From NCBI GenBank assembly GCA_964016885.1, contig OZ024749.1, positions 27,466,001 to 27,530,000 of the forward strand: a DNA stretch of 64,000 nt, in the 5' to 3' direction. A program made the position numbers and the translations under genes. The stretch comes from Eledone cirrhosa. Lineage: Eukaryota. The notes below the pieces were generated by a model. That model saw only the letters and a list, made by a program, of their open reading frames with translations, was not told the origin of the DNA and did no database searches. Of this stretch, positions 12,955 through 26,085 are shown one piece after another. Each line of letters begins with the position of its first letter. The stretch's first letter is position 1.

Positions 12955-13518
12955 TATATAGAATTCACAGGAATCAAAGCTATGTTCAAAGCATTTATTC
13001 GCTTACAATTGTTTCATCCAAACCGAGGCTTGGAGTCTTCGGAGCATTTTTCAATGTTTGTACACTTACATGACCTCCTTTCCAACGCAAGAGACATACA
13101 GATACATATGTATATATTGATGTACAGTGGGGTGACATATATTATATTATTTCTGAATGGCAATTTAAATTCAAAATCAGAATCACATTAAAACAGAACC
13201 AATGCAAAATTAAAATTAAAATACAACATCAATGCAAGATTAATCTTGCATTGATGTTGTATTTTAATTTTAATTTTGCATTGGTTCTGTTTTAATGTGA
13301 TTCTGATTTTGAATTTAAATTGCCATTCAGAAATAATATAATATATGTCACCCCACTGTACATCAATATATACATATGTATCTGTATGTCTCTTGCGTTG
13401 GAAAGGAGGTCATGTAAGTGTACAAACATTGAAAAATGCTCCGAAGACTCCAAGCCTCGGTTTGGATGAAACAATTGTAAGCGAATAAATGCTTTGAACA
13501 TAGCTTTGGTTCCTGTGA

Positions 13519-13528
<10 letters not shown>
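12955..13528. mobile_element. Spacerless 574-bp palindrome (Penelope-like-derived) with two hammerhead-like motifs
   Basis: Centre 13241/13242; identical ORFs at 12982+ and 13501-; one mismatch seen; GCT-CCGAAGA-c-TCCAAGCC tc GGTTTGGA-t-GAAACAATTGTA-AGC at 13438-13482 with mirror at 13001-13045; abuts (TA)n. Confidence 0.85.
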
Positions 13529-13553
<25 letters not shown>

Positions 13554-13804
13554 CATATTAAACTTATGCCAAAAAACTCTATTTAGGGGAGTATAAGTCA
13601 GACAGACTAAAATAAAAAAGTCTCACTCATATAAATGCCTCCCTACCATGGTTTCAAAAACAAAAGAAACAATACTAGCCATTTTAAATCATTGGATAAT
13701 ATTGGAAGAATTCATTTTTTCGTCAGGGAAGTATTCTTTGGAATAAGAGGATATATATATAATATAAGTAACATGAATATGACAACATCATCACTATATT
13801 ATTT

Positions 13805-13861
<57 letters not shown>

Positions 13862-14305
13862 TATAGAGTACTTCCCCAATGTTGGTGATCTACACAATAA
13901 ACGTACTGTGCAAAGTGATTGCTGATAGGGTGTACAGGCGTAGAAAATCTGCCAAACAAAGGATTAAGAAGAGCCCTCAATTGTGTCAAAGACATAACAA
14001 CCTCCTTGGTGCTGGTGTCACAATATGTACTTGGCAGATGGCGGAACTTCATGAGTAATGACTAGGTTTGTGAAGACTTATCCTGCCTACTGATATTTTG
14101 GAATTTCTAGTTATTTAAACCTATTAAGAAAAAAAAAAAAAATTATAGATTTGTTGTTATCCCTTCCTTCAACAGCCAAGTTACAAACTTATCAATGATT
14201 TGAATCACCTGCACGAGGGTGAGTTTGTTGTAAAACCTTGAAACACCCAGTAACAACACTGATAATGTGTCTTAGGTTTTACATCCGTGGAAGTGTGAAC
14301 AATTT

Positions 14306-14368
<63 letters not shown>

Positions 14369-14451
14369 TTTTGCAAGGTTTTTGATATGAAATCGTGTGT
14401 CGAAATTAATTCTGGCAATATTATTACACAAATATGACCCTCCCCAAGTAT

Positions 14452-14506
<55 letters not shown>

Positions 14507-15054
14507 ATGAAACGGTCGTCAATCAATTAAATGATTTAATTTAAATCCTGGTTATTCTTTATGCATTTATATATGTGCTCTGTGATATTACAAAACTACA
14601 CAGGATGAAAATTTACTAATTGGATTAAACTCTCCACTGTTTTTACTTATCTTGCTGCAGACTATAAAATCACATTGAGCTTTAGAAATATTCTTTGTCT
14701 TTATATGGTTGTATTATCAACTCATTTAAACTTGTTTGTATGTATATATATATATATATCAAATAGGTTATGTAGCCGGTAAACCCTAAAGAAACGCAAC
14801 ACACATCGCTATGGCGTTTCAACGCAACACACATCGCTATGGCGTTTCACTAGCCCCCTTCCTTCTGTTGTCTGTATCTGTTTATGTAGTAACGTGTAGA
14901 TGTATGTGTATGTAACTAAAGCGCAAAGACTAGTTAAATCATTACTCAACAGAGTACTCGATACTTGGGATAGTAGAGTATGGCTATATTATAAAGAGTC
15001 AGGGCCCGACGGCTGAGCTCTTGCCGTTTCAACAGCTAGTCCCAGACTCTCTCG

Positions 15055-15155
<101 letters not shown>

Positions 15156-15228
15156 CATACATGTGTGTGTGTGTTATTAACGGGGGTGAGAAAGAGTACT
15201 CAATACCGAAGTAGTTGATGAGCTTTGT

Positions 15229-15316
15229 TACTCTGGAGTTTTACCTGTGCATTCACAGGATCATCAGACTGTCATGTCTGATGATCCTGTGAGTGCACAG
15301 GTGAAACTCCAGAGTA
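15229..15316. mobile_element. Short hairpin palindrome made of two opposed hammerhead motifs
   Basis: Arms 15229-15269 and 15276-15316; plus copy CTGATGA-t-CCTGTG agtg CACAGG-t-GAAACTC ca GAGTA; minus copy has AAAAC in place of GAAAC; relative at 61248-61300. Confidence 0.75.
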
Positions 15317-15561
15317 TATAAAAAATGTCCGAAAATGCCACTTATGGGCGATTCTCCGAGCAGTTAAATACTGCACCGTAGTAATCGGATTAACCTTAGG
15401 TCTTGCGAAAGAAACTGGGTGGACGGAAACTGGACTGAAGGAAATCCGTGGGTGAAAACGAGATAACAATGTAGTCTCCATATAGTTATTGGAACTAGTA
15501 GAAATAGCAGTCGATTCTCCCTCAAAATACACGCTGCAGCAGTCTTGGCTCATTGGCGAAA

Positions 15562-15599
<38 letters not shown>

Positions 15600-16130
15600 A
15601 GAAAGCTAGAACCGGCATTTCCAAGGCTTGTTAATAAAAGAACCGAAATCGGTCTCTGACTCGGTTCCCAGGGAAATTTGCCTATCCATATAACTTCGCA
15701 GGATTCGATGGCGAATCAACAATAGTACGTCTATTTCATCATTCGAATTGCTGGAAATAGCAACTAAATCTCCCTTAAACCACACCCTACTGTCTTGAAG
15801 AAAAAAAGACAAAAAAAAAACAAAACAAAACAAAACAAAAGGAGTTATGCAATTGATAATGTATTCCTGGGTTACAGCCCGAAATAAATGACGGGATGGT
15901 TGGGGCTGGAACTATTTTGATCATAGCTTTGTTAGAGCAGGGACTGGCCTAGCGCTAAACAATAACAACAACTCCAAGATAAATTAAATGGGACAGATAT
16001 TTCGATGAAAATATGAAAAGAACCGGCACATGAACAAGACAGGTGCGGTGGGTAGGGACTTCACAGTGGATTAGATTCCACCAATAGAATAAACTAATTT
16101 AACAAGGAGGGACAAAAATCTTTTGCTTAC

Positions 16131-16184
16131 ACCTTCGTAGATGGAACCATCAATTTGAAGAATCTCTTCAGATATGGTCGTCAT
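16131..16184 (-). CDS. RTCA: RTCA first coding exon
   Basis: MTTISEEILQIDGSIYEG|gtaagc; joins exon 2 to give IDGSIYEGGGQILR, the RtcA N-terminal motif. Confidence 0.93.
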
Positions 16185-17094
16185 GATAACTGATGGAGAC
16201 AAGAAGAAATAGATTGAGCTGAGGTGCTACACCGTGGGAGGTATGGTTTGAGGTGGATATCAATGGTAGTAGTAGCAGTCGCTGTAGTTCAGCTGCGTAT
16301 TAGGGTGGTTATAGTAGTGGGAGGAGGAGGTGATTGTGTGAGGGTGGTGGTGGTGGTAGTTGTGTAGACGTAGTGAATATGTGATGTAGACGTGGTGGTT
16401 GAATAGAGGTAGTTTATGATAGTAGTGATGGTAGTGGAGTGGGCATAATGTGTGATGGGGTGGTGGTAGTGGTAGTAATGTCTATTACGATGATATTTAT
16501 TTTGACACAAGGGGCGGTACAAAAATAATAAACGAACAAAAAAAAGCCCCTTACGCCAGGGAAAATGTTTTTTTGCTTTTCTGTTAAAAGTTAACTCCCC
16601 TTCGACCACAGTCCGGCTAGACTAGTACTGAACTGTGGCTAAACAACATGGTCATAGGTCGATTGTCTGACCACTGTCCAGCTCCGTCAAGACTGACCAG
16701 TGGCTAAACAGCAGCAACAACAACAATAATAAGGTGTTCAAAGGCTGATTGTCTTTTACCACAGTCCAGCTCCGTCAGGAGTGACCAGTGGCTAAACAAG
16801 AACAGAAAAGGGTTGGACAGAATCGGTAGAGCGTCAGACAAAATATCTTGCGTTATTTGTTCCGACTCTGATTTCTGAGATCAAATCCCGCCGAAGGGAA
16901 ATTTGATTTTCATCTTACCCATGTCAATAAAATAAAATACCAGTAAAATACTAGAGTCGATTTAATCAACTAATACTACCTCCAAATTTTCTGGCCTTGT
17001 GCCTATGTTATTTTTTTTATTCACTCATAGATTGTGGTCATGCTTGAAGGGATTATATCAATTCCTACTTGCGGGGATCTGCAGAAAGGTTTCT

Positions 17095-17270
17095 AGGCTG
17101 ACCAAGAAACTCTCATGGAATGACAAAATGAGGTTTATGTTTCAACAATGTCCCTGGAAATAAACAAAGCAGTTATCAATAAGAAGAGCTTAAATTAATG
17201 CATACAAGATTTCACGGCGCTAGCATCACTCCTTCATAGTCAGCCTATGAACTTTTCAGTCTACTCTCGT
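17095..17270. mobile_element. Mariner-like transposon terminal fragment
   Basis: Ends aacttttcagtctactctcgta; an inverted homologous copy at 29454-29630 begins TACGAGGGTAGACTGAAAAGTT, a mariner-type TIR. Confidence 0.55.
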
Positions 17271-17584
17271 ATATTATCGATCGCTTTTTGACAAATCGCT
17301 AGAATACAGGGCATAAACCAACACAAGACACGGGATACACAGACACATATTACAACGGGCTTCTGCGCAGTTTCAGCCTACAAATGTAAACGGAGTAGTA
17401 GAAGTAATTTGCCTAAGATGAAAAGTAGCAGGAGTCAATCTGACACCATGGGGTTGCAAAGCGAAGGACCTCTTAAACACAGCCAATGTTAGAAACTAAA
17501 ATATACACAAGTTACGTCCCTTTACCTACTCAGACTAAATCTACGCACAACATTTAACATTCTCTTTTTGTTTATATTATGTTG

Positions 17585-17776
17585 AAGCGCGTTGGATTGG
17601 CAGTATCGGTAGAGGGTCAGACGCCATGCTTTGACGCATAGAGTTATGGCCCTTGCCATTCTGAGTTCAAATCCCGCCGAGGTTAACTTTGCCTTTCATC
17701 CTTACGGGGTCGATAAAATAAAGTACCAGTAATGCACTGAGTATTTGCTGGCCTTGTGCCAAAAAGTAGAAACAAT
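17585..17776 (+). mobile_element. tRNA-derived SINE, family A
   Basis: Box A-like tggcagtatcggtagag, box B gagttcaaatccc, body gcctttcatccttacggggtcgataaaataaagtaccag; copies at 26605-26817, 26823-27010, 31697-31887(-), 37377-37560(-), 62801-62978(-) and many partials. Confidence 0.85.
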
Positions 17777-18315
17777 TATGTTGAAGCTCGGTGTAAAATA
17801 AAATAAAGCACCAAACAGCATGTTGTGCTGGTCAAACATTTAATCGGTCTGTACACATACGTATTAATTAGCAGTTTATAAAAAAAACCTTCCCATATAA
17901 CACAAATCGTGTTTACCCGGTGTCAATGTGAAGACCGGGATCTATCACCACAGTCCTTCAGTTAACGGTTAGGGAAGCGAACGATAAACCTAACAGAGGG
18001 CCTGGCCCTCATTTAACAAGCATTTAGTCCATTTTGACCTTCAACAATCTCTAATTTCATTAAAAAAAAAACTGGGCTGGTTAAAAAAGACGGCTAACCA
18101 GACGAAATTCTACTGTACATCACCACCACCAAGTTTAGTATCCTACATTTTGCACCTGCTCAATTGTTTTCACATCAATATATCTGAACCCCAACCTCTG
18201 TTGTCCTTCCCTTGCACCACCCACTCTCAACCCCTTATCTCGTAGTTTCTCGTAAAATTTCTCGCGAGGTTTTGAACCAAGGCCGTCACCGACTGAAAAA
18301 AACATTCGTAGAAAC

Positions 18316-18378
18316 ATGTCTTCCTTGCTCAACCTTGTTCGTCTTCGATCAAACAACCTCGCCACACTTGCTTTCCGC
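18316..18378 (+). CDS. DBT: Dihydrolipoamide branched-chain transacylase E2, exon 1 (mitochondrial presequence)
   Basis: MSSLLNLVRLRSNNLATLAFR|gtaagc; Arg/Leu/Ser-rich with no acidic residues; phase 0 fits exon 2. Confidence 0.75.
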
Positions 18379-18508
18379 GTAAGCAACAACCATTTATATT
18401 TACTCACCTCGATTCTTTTTTTCCACATCGCTTAATTTACACTCCATATTTTTAAATTTTATTTTATTCTTGGTTGTTACATACTTACAAGTATTTTTTT
18501 TCTTACTT

Positions 18509-18549
<41 letters not shown>

Positions 18550-19376
18550 CAATTTGTTGTGTTTGTATATCATTTAAGCAAGTCTAATTTCACCCGTTTA
18601 TGTTTTTTATAAATCATCATCATCATTATTATGTAAATTAATTATTAATTAAATTTCAATTAGTCAGTGAGTTCCTGAAGAGCTTCCTTAGTATTAATAT
18701 TTCTTCTCTCTCTCCTTGCCAGCTGCCAATGTTGTGATCTTGCAATCGATCCCTAATTAAAGCTATGATATTTCTTTCACCTCGTGTCGTCTTCGTTTAA
18801 TTTACAACACAGGAGTATAGCGTACCTGTGTTTCACTTTAGCAAACTTTTACTATGTTTGTTTGGTGGCTACTAGAGATATTTTACCCAAGTTAACACTG
18901 TGCTATGGTCATTGTTTTGGTGCGACCAAGATTCAACATTAGATTGTGATCAATAAATAAAATATACAGGTTTGACCTCTTAAATCTGGCACATTAACGA
19001 CCGGTTTACATCTACTGTTTATTATTCTTTTGGCGAGGTAGCGAGAATAATTATTTTTAAAAAAAAACGTTCTTTTGAAGCACGATTAGTTGTATTTCTC
19101 CCAGTTTTAAGCTTAATTATTGCATTTGATAAGCCATGATGATGATCTGTTACGAATTAAACAGTTCTAGTCCTGTAGAAATCATTCCCATAATAAAATA
19201 AAGATGCCTATACTCTACTAACGTGCTCACCTCCCGTTATACACCTGGAATTCACACACATATATATATATATATATATATAAATGAAGTAATTCCATCG
19301 GAAAGGTCCAGGAAAAAAGTGCTCTATGTAGGTTACAGAGCTTATTAGTTATGTAATAAACAACATAAGATAATTA

Positions 19377-19436
19377 TTTCATTTACCAGTGGTTTCTTGA
19401 AAGCAAACAAATCTGCTTTCAGTCGTCAGAATGAAA
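19377..19436 (-). ncRNA. Type I hammerhead ribozyme, canonical core
   Basis: TTTCATT-CTGACGA-c-TGAAAGCAGA tttg TTTGCTTTCA-a-GAAACC act GGTA-AATGAAA: 7-bp stem I, 10-bp stem II, short stem III, GUA site. Confidence 0.8.
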
Positions 19437-22400
19437 AAAATCCTGGTGTTTTTATTGAATGTCTATATATATATATATAATATGTACTCGAGTAATAGTC
19501 GATCTCGTGTAAAAGTCTACCCCTATTTTGGAGCAAAACTCTGGAATTTTCCTTTGGTTTCGTATAAAAGGTAATCCTAGTATTTCACGGACAACAGGTC
19601 AACATATGTGGGTCAAGGTATCACCCTGTACGTATAAATAACACTTACAAAATCGACATGAATTTAGGGTAAATTTATATTATTGCAAATACATGTCTGA
19701 AACAAAAAAATTACCAAAATATGTCTACATTATGCTTCAGCGTTCGTCTCATTGTCTGTTTACATGGTCTGTGTATAGATTTTGTTATTTACTAGGGCGT
19801 ATGTTTTGATGCATAGAATCGGTAATTCATTGGATTTTTCTTTTTAGCCGTTTAGAGATCAGCTAGGCTTTTGCTACTGATATGGTACTTTGGATTCTAG
19901 TTTGAATTTCGAGCCCCTCAAAAATAGTATCCATATAATAGTCAACCCTACAAATTTAGCATACATACTCTCGGGTCCCAAATAGTAGGGGTTGAGGTTG
20001 GACATTTGCTTAAATTCTTAGAAGCAGCGGTGGATTGGGAAATCGGTAATTGTATAGTGTACGTTCGTAAATATGGCAATATACCTTATGTAAAAACAAA
20101 AACAACCAATTGATCACAGTACAGCTTCAAGGCAAATTAATAATAGAAGGGCATGAATGCCACACAATCACCCTTCCTTCTGCTGTAAACCTAATTTCGT
20201 TTCTTACATAATAACTACTTAAAGAAGACACCTTGGATATTTTATATAGTGCGTTGTTGTTGAGGACGAATGTGTGCTAAGTAAGATGGTGATGTGATGG
20301 TGTTCATGCTTTTACACGGTAAGAGAGAGAGATGTATGTATGTGCCAACAGCAAAACACTGATAGTAGGGTGGGGGAGGGTCCCTGACTTTACGGTTCGA
20401 AATAATCAACTTTGCCTTTCATCTTATATTTACCGAATTCATTGCTCATGCTCTACCCACCACTTATATATATATATACACACACACATATAGGGTTCGC
20501 TTGTCGGTTCCTCTATGTGTGTGTATGTTTACAACGGTGTTGTTTATATCCCGTAACGTAACGGTATCGATAAATAGAAATCAATAACATACGTAACAGA
20601 CTAAAATGATATTGAACTCGATGTCATCGACTGAAAACCTTCAAGGTGGTGGTGCCCCAGCATAGCCGCAGTGTAGTGACTGAAACCTGTAAAAGTTGAT
20701 GCACACGTGCACACACAACACGTATTCAAACTGTACAGCGTTTCCTACGATGAGTGTTTTAGTTGTTTCACTACCGGAACAGCCTATTCGTAAAATTAAC
20801 GTCCAAGTGGCTGAGCATTCCACAGACACGTGTACTGTTAACATAATTCTCAGGGAGATTTTGCATGACATGGTGTGTAGCAAGCCCGGCCCTTTGAATT
20901 ATAAGCACGCTTTGCCAACTGTGTGGACTGGAATAATATGATATATAGTGTCTTGCTCAAGGACACAACACACCGCTTGGAATCGAACTCACGACCTTCT
21001 GACTGTAAAATGAACACCCTAACCACTAAGCCACTCGATTTCCACATAAATACACACACAACGTTCAGATAAAAATACACGCATTCTGCCCTCCCCCCCC
21101 ATCTCCCTGTCTCACCCACCCACAGCTTCCTGTCTCTCTCACCCACCCGCTTTCTGTCTCTCGCACTCTCTACAGCTCTCTTTGTCTCTCATCTTCAACG
21201 AAGGTGAATTTTACAATGGTTATTCGTTCTTGTTATTCATGTTACACAGTGGGTTGGCAGAATAGGTAGAACGCTGGACAAATGCAACGCAGTATTTGTT
21301 CTGGTTATTTCCGCCGAGGTCAACTTTGTCTTTCATCCTTTCAGGGTCGATAAATAAAGTATAGCCGTCGCTATAATTGACTTTCTATTCACCTCTCCAA
21401 ATTGTTGGCCTTGTGCATAAATTAGAAACTTCATTAATGTTATTAAATACACACACACGTTATAATACAGACGTTGTAGTACATACATACATGCTATAAT
21501 ACACACACACACACACGTTATAATACATATACAAACACATTATAATACATATACGGGGTCGATAAAATAAAGTACCAGTAATGCACTGGGTAATTGCCTG
21601 CCATGTGCCTAAAGTAGAAACAATTATAATACATATACACAGACGTTACAATACATAGATGTTATATACATACATGTTATACACATACATACATTATAAT
21701 ACATATTCATACGTTATTAAGGTTCTTCATTGTCAAGGATAAACAACTGACTGGTGGAACGGGATGGGTGGGGTATTCTCGTGTTTGTTGGGTGGTGGTA
21801 GTGTTCTTGGTGGTAACAGTGTTGTTGGTAGTAATAGTGGTGGTGGCAGTATTGGTAGTAATAGTGGTGGTAGTGGTGGCAGTGTTGTTGGTTGTGGTGT
21901 TGTATGCTACGAATTATATACATATATATATATAAGAGTAAGGACCCCCTTCGGTCATGAATGACCATGGGATTTGTACCTAGAAATGTCCCCTCTAAGG
22001 CACAAGTCTGGATAAGGTTGTTTGTGGAAGACCAGCAGACTCCTTTCTCCATGCCACTGATGTTGTCCAAGAGAAAAGCAAAAGCCGATACAGCTTGGCA
22101 CCAGTGATGCCACAACTCATTTCTACAACTGAGTGAACTGGAGCAATATATAAATATATATATGTGTAGGTGGTTGTGCTGGTGACATGACAAAAAACAC
22201 CCAGTCTACACTGTAACAGGGTTGGTATTAGGAAGAGCATCCAGCCGTAGAAACCAAGCCAAAATACAGGTCTGTATGGGCATGACATGGTCTCCTGACC
22301 CGACTTGTCTCATAACCCCCCCCCCCCCACGCACACACACCTCTATACCCCCATCCCCCATCAATGGTTCAGTTATTTTACATCAGATGTGACTTATCTT

Positions 22401-22829
22401 TCATTTCAACATTAAAATTTGTGATGCTTGTCTGAAGTTTTTCTGATTGAAGCCATGAATAAACATTAGCCGGCATCAGAGATATCACATGTAGATATGC
22501 TGTACACATTCCTCTTTCTCTCTCCACTTCCCTCTCTCTCCCTCTTCCCTCTCTCTCTATTTTTATACATTTATTTATAAATGAATGTGCTAGCCTTGTG
22601 GTTAAACTGTTAATCCTGTAATGAGGTGAGTGTTGGTTTGATTCGATGACCTGGCAGTGTGTTTTGTTCATCCTTGAGCAAATCACTTCATTTCATGTTG
22701 CTCTAGTCCACTCAACTGAAATAAAATGTCGAGCGACAGCAGCATGGACTGGTGTCTTGACTAGAGAGAAATCTTGTATTTTCAGTCACTTAACACTACA
22801 TGACAGACTGGACTATTGCCTTGTCCAGA

Positions 22830-23482
22830 GTGAATGTTAGACGCTGTTTTCCATAGTTTGTCATCACCCCTTCCTTCCTCAATCATCTCTAGTGTGTGAC
22901 ATCATCACCTCTTCCTTTCTCAGTCATCTCTAATGTGTGACGGAAAGATGGACGGGAGTTGCTCAAATTTATATATAGATTAGCTGGCCCTGTGCCATAA
23001 AAAATTATGGCTAATTGTAATATCTATACATAATATAAAAAAGAGATGTTTGTTACAAACACACAGCTGTGACGAATCTTAGAACGCTTGACTTCTATAG
23101 TTTCTCACCCCTCCTTCCTCAGTCATCACATAGATGTGTGTGCATGTAATAATACATTTTTTTCTTAGTGTGTCTGTTTATATATATATGTATGTGTAGA
23201 TTTGTGTGTTTGTAATTCTATTGTCTATGTATCTTTCTAAATAAACACATATACACTCACACAAATATTATTTATGAATATAATTTACACAAACACACAC
23301 ATACAAATACTCACACAATCATAACAGCCAATGTGTGTAGCTAATTCGCTATACATACTCACACAGGTGTAGCGAATGTTAGACGCTGCCACCCTTCCTT
23401 CTTCACTTGACGTCATCACCTCTTCCTTCCTTAGTCGACGTAACCACCCCTTCTTTCGTCAGTCATCTCTAGTGTGTGACGG
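22830..23482 (+). mobile_element. Cluster of dispersed low-copy versions of the element carrying the 41-bp satellite unit (Helitron/DINE-like?)
   Basis: gaatgttagacgctg leader plus 1-2 satellite units at about 22830, 23075 and 23372; ctcaaatttatatatagat at about 22962 also occurs near 207. Confidence 0.6.
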
Positions 23483-23902
23483 ATAAATACACATGGCTTT
23501 TATTATATTACTGCTGGTAGTGCTGGTACTATTATAAAATGCTCCCAATACATGCTGTAAAGTGGTTGGCGTTAAGGAGAGTCTTGAGCCAAAAACAATG
23601 AGCAATGCATGGCCACCTTACCAGTCTAGCCTCAGAACATGAAACCTGTCTAACCCATCTGAGAATGGAAAATAGACATTAAACATTAATAATGATGTTA
23701 ATGATTGCAACTGGTAAATAGTATCAGCAACAAGAAAGACTATTGGAAACATTGTCTCCTTGGTCTGATCTGACGAGTTCCACCCCATTCAGTAAGTGAG
23801 TGGGGTTTGGGATCTTGTCAATCTTTTATGACTTATAAATAAATTATGAAGAAGGGTGTCTAATTTTAAAGATCCTCTATTTTTTCCCTCTCACTTTTTC
23901 AG

Positions 23903-24053
23903 ATTCCGAAGAGACAATGTAATACCACAGGGAAAGGATGTAAGCTACGTATATTCCACTCACCTGCAACGCTTAAAAATGGCTGCTTACGACAATGTCA
24001 CATATATTCTGGCAGTTTGAACCAATGTAAGAGAGCTCTACATCTTTCAGCAG
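23903..24053 (+). CDS. DBT: DBT exon 2 (rest of presequence)
   Basis: Strong polypyrimidine tract and cag; open 151 nt IPKRQCNTT...CKRALHLSA|gtaaaa; RxLHxS resembles a presequence cleavage motif; phase fits exon 3. Confidence 0.8.
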
Positions 24054-24104
24054 GTAAAAATATTCACTGAAATTACTTTACTTCTTATGTTGTATATTAA
24101 TGGT

Positions 24105-24670
24105 CATTTTGTTCTAGATGTTGGTCATTTTGGTTTGGGTGTTGCTCATTTTGGTCTGGTGTTGGTCATTTTGGTCTGGGTGTTGGTCATTTTGGTTTTG
24201 GTTTGGGTGTTGGTCATTTTGGTTTGGGTGTTGGTCATTTTGGTTTGGGTGTTGATCATTTTGGTTTGGGTGTTGGTCATTTTGGTTTGGGTGTTGATCA
24301 TTTTGGTTTGGGTGTTGCTCATTTTGGTCTGGTGTTGGTCATTTTGGTCTGGGTGTTGGTCATTTTGGTTTGGGTGTTGGTCATTTTGGTTTGGGTGTTG
24401 ATCATTTTGGTTTGGGTGTTGCTCATTTTGGTCTGGTGTTGGTCATTTTGGTCTTGGTGTTGGTCATTTTGGTTTGGGTGTTGATCATTTTGGTTTGGGT
24501 GTTGATCATTTTGGTTTGGGTGTTGGTCATTTTGGTTTGGGTGTTGGTCATTTTGGTTTGGGTGTTGGTCATTTTGGTTTGGGTGTTGGTCATTTTGGTT
24601 TGGGTGTTGATCATTTTGGTTTGGGTGTTGGTCATTTTGGTCTGGGTGTTGGTCATTTTGGTTTGGGTGT
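24105..24670. repeat. 21-bp minisatellite, about 27 copies
   Basis: Unit TTGGTCATTTTGGTTTGGGTG starting about 50 bp after the DBT exon 2 donor. Confidence 0.95.
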
Positions 24671-25455
24671 TTATGACATGAAGGTTGCAAATTAGCAGAG
24701 TCATTGGAGTATTGGATTAGTTAGATGCTTCTGTGTATGTTCCAGTTCTCTACATTCTTAGTTCAAATCCCACCAAGATCAACTTTGCCTTTCATTAGCA
24801 AGACATTCTTGAAAAGTACAAAACAGCAATATGACTGCATCACATTAGATATTAAAGTCTTAGTTTATTTCAAATTTTCTCAATATTCTGTCTGCTAGTA
24901 AAGATACTATGAATATTTGAATTAAGAAACCACATTAGCATGACATTGTTAAAGACACAAAACAAGACACTATGATTGCATCACATTAGAAATTAGTCTT
25001 TAGTTTACAACAATCTGTCCACAAGTAAATATACTATAAACTTTTCAATTAACCTGTTTTTAGATATTGTCTGCTAAGTTATTACAAGATATTAAGAAAT
25101 AATACTGCAAATTTTCACAACAATCTGTTTACTAGTATAGACACTATAAACATTTTAATTAATAAACCAGTTTCTAGATATTCTCTGCTAAGTCATTTCA
25201 GGATGTTAAGATTTAATAATAGATGTGGGGTTTCTATTGAAAAGGCTACTCTTTTATCTTTTCCATACCATGGGCTGTGGCCATACTAGGGCACTGCCAT
25301 AAAATGATTTTGTTTAATTTCCTAGCAAGGATTGAAACCCTACTTCTCTATCTAAGTATTCTTTCTCTACCCATTTCTAATTTTACATAAACTTCTAACT
25401 ATCCACATGACTGACTTCCTATAAATTAAATATTTTCTGTTTCATTTCTCAACAG

Positions 25456-25531
25456 CGAGGTGTGGAGAAATTGTACAGTTTACTTTGGCAGATATTGGTG
25501 AAGGAATCAAAGAGGTGAACATAAAAGAATG
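25456..25531 (+). CDS. DBT: DBT exon 3 (lipoyl domain start)
   Basis: aacag|(A)RCGEIVQFTLADIGEGIKEVNIKEW|gtaggt; 76 nt. Confidence 0.96.
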
Positions 25532-25576
25532 GTAGGTTTCCAATAAATTTCTTTTATCATCAGTCAAGTTGTTATA

Positions 25577-25653
25577 CAGGGTGCAGCAGAAAAACCTCCC
25601 ATATTTTACACGATCATCTGTTAAAAGGTGGGAGGTATTTTTGCCTCACCTTG
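25577..25653. mobile_element. Tc1/mariner-type mini-MITE
   Basis: TA|CAGGGTG...CACCTTG|TA with imperfect inverted arms (aaaaacctccca / tgggaggtattttt). Confidence 0.55.
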
Positions 25654-25699
25654 TATAAAGATATTATTCTAAATTTTCCAGCATTTGAAGATTTCATAT

Positions 25700-26085
25700 T
25701 TCAAATCAGTAGAATACGATCGCGAATACAAGCGGCCGAAATGGGATTCCTCCGAAGAGTCTTTAAAGTGTGTAACTCGGAGATAAGAGAGTCATTTCTG
25801 GTGGAGCCGCTACTTCTCCGAATTAGGAGATCACAGCTCTGATACTATGGGCACGTGGTTAGATTGTCTCACAAAAGAATCGCTGGACAGATTTTATGGG
25901 CAAAACCAACCGGCAGGAGACCCAGGGATAGACCCCAAGCAAGATGGTTAGATAATATCCATGAGCTTGGGTGATTATGCTTGGGGATCCAGCTGGATCA
26001 GTTGCAGACGGTTGCTTCTGACAGGACCCGCTGGAAGAAGTGTTTGAGGACTCAGTCCCTACGACCCTCTCAGGAATATGTGAGC
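25700..26085 (+). mobile_element. RTE-type LINE 3' fragment (degraded)
   Basis: RIQAAEMGFLRRV...NSEIRE...IRRSQL*YYGHV...GRRPRDRP; an inverted piece of the same family lies near 26265-26460. Confidence 0.7.

Larger units (their letters stand above)
16185..18315. promoter_or_regulatory. Divergent RTCA/DBT interval, likely containing a bidirectional promoter
   Basis: The two ATGs point apart about 2.1 kb from each other; CpG-richer patch near 18240-18380 with TCTCGCGAGG at 18260-18269. Confidence 0.6.

Noticed and set aside
12982-13501. Two identical 69-aa ORFs on opposite strands (also the 86-aa pair at 40765/45551)
   Set aside because: By-products of inverted repeats; no recognisable protein features
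17585-17680. tRNA genes
   Set aside because: Box A/B sequences are heads of multi-copy SINEs with no complete cloverleaf; the same applies to tRNA-like pieces near 27765 and 27920
24087-24704. GVGHFGL / DQHPNQN repeat proteins
   Set aside because: In-frame reading of a 21-bp intronic minisatellite directly after a functional splice donor
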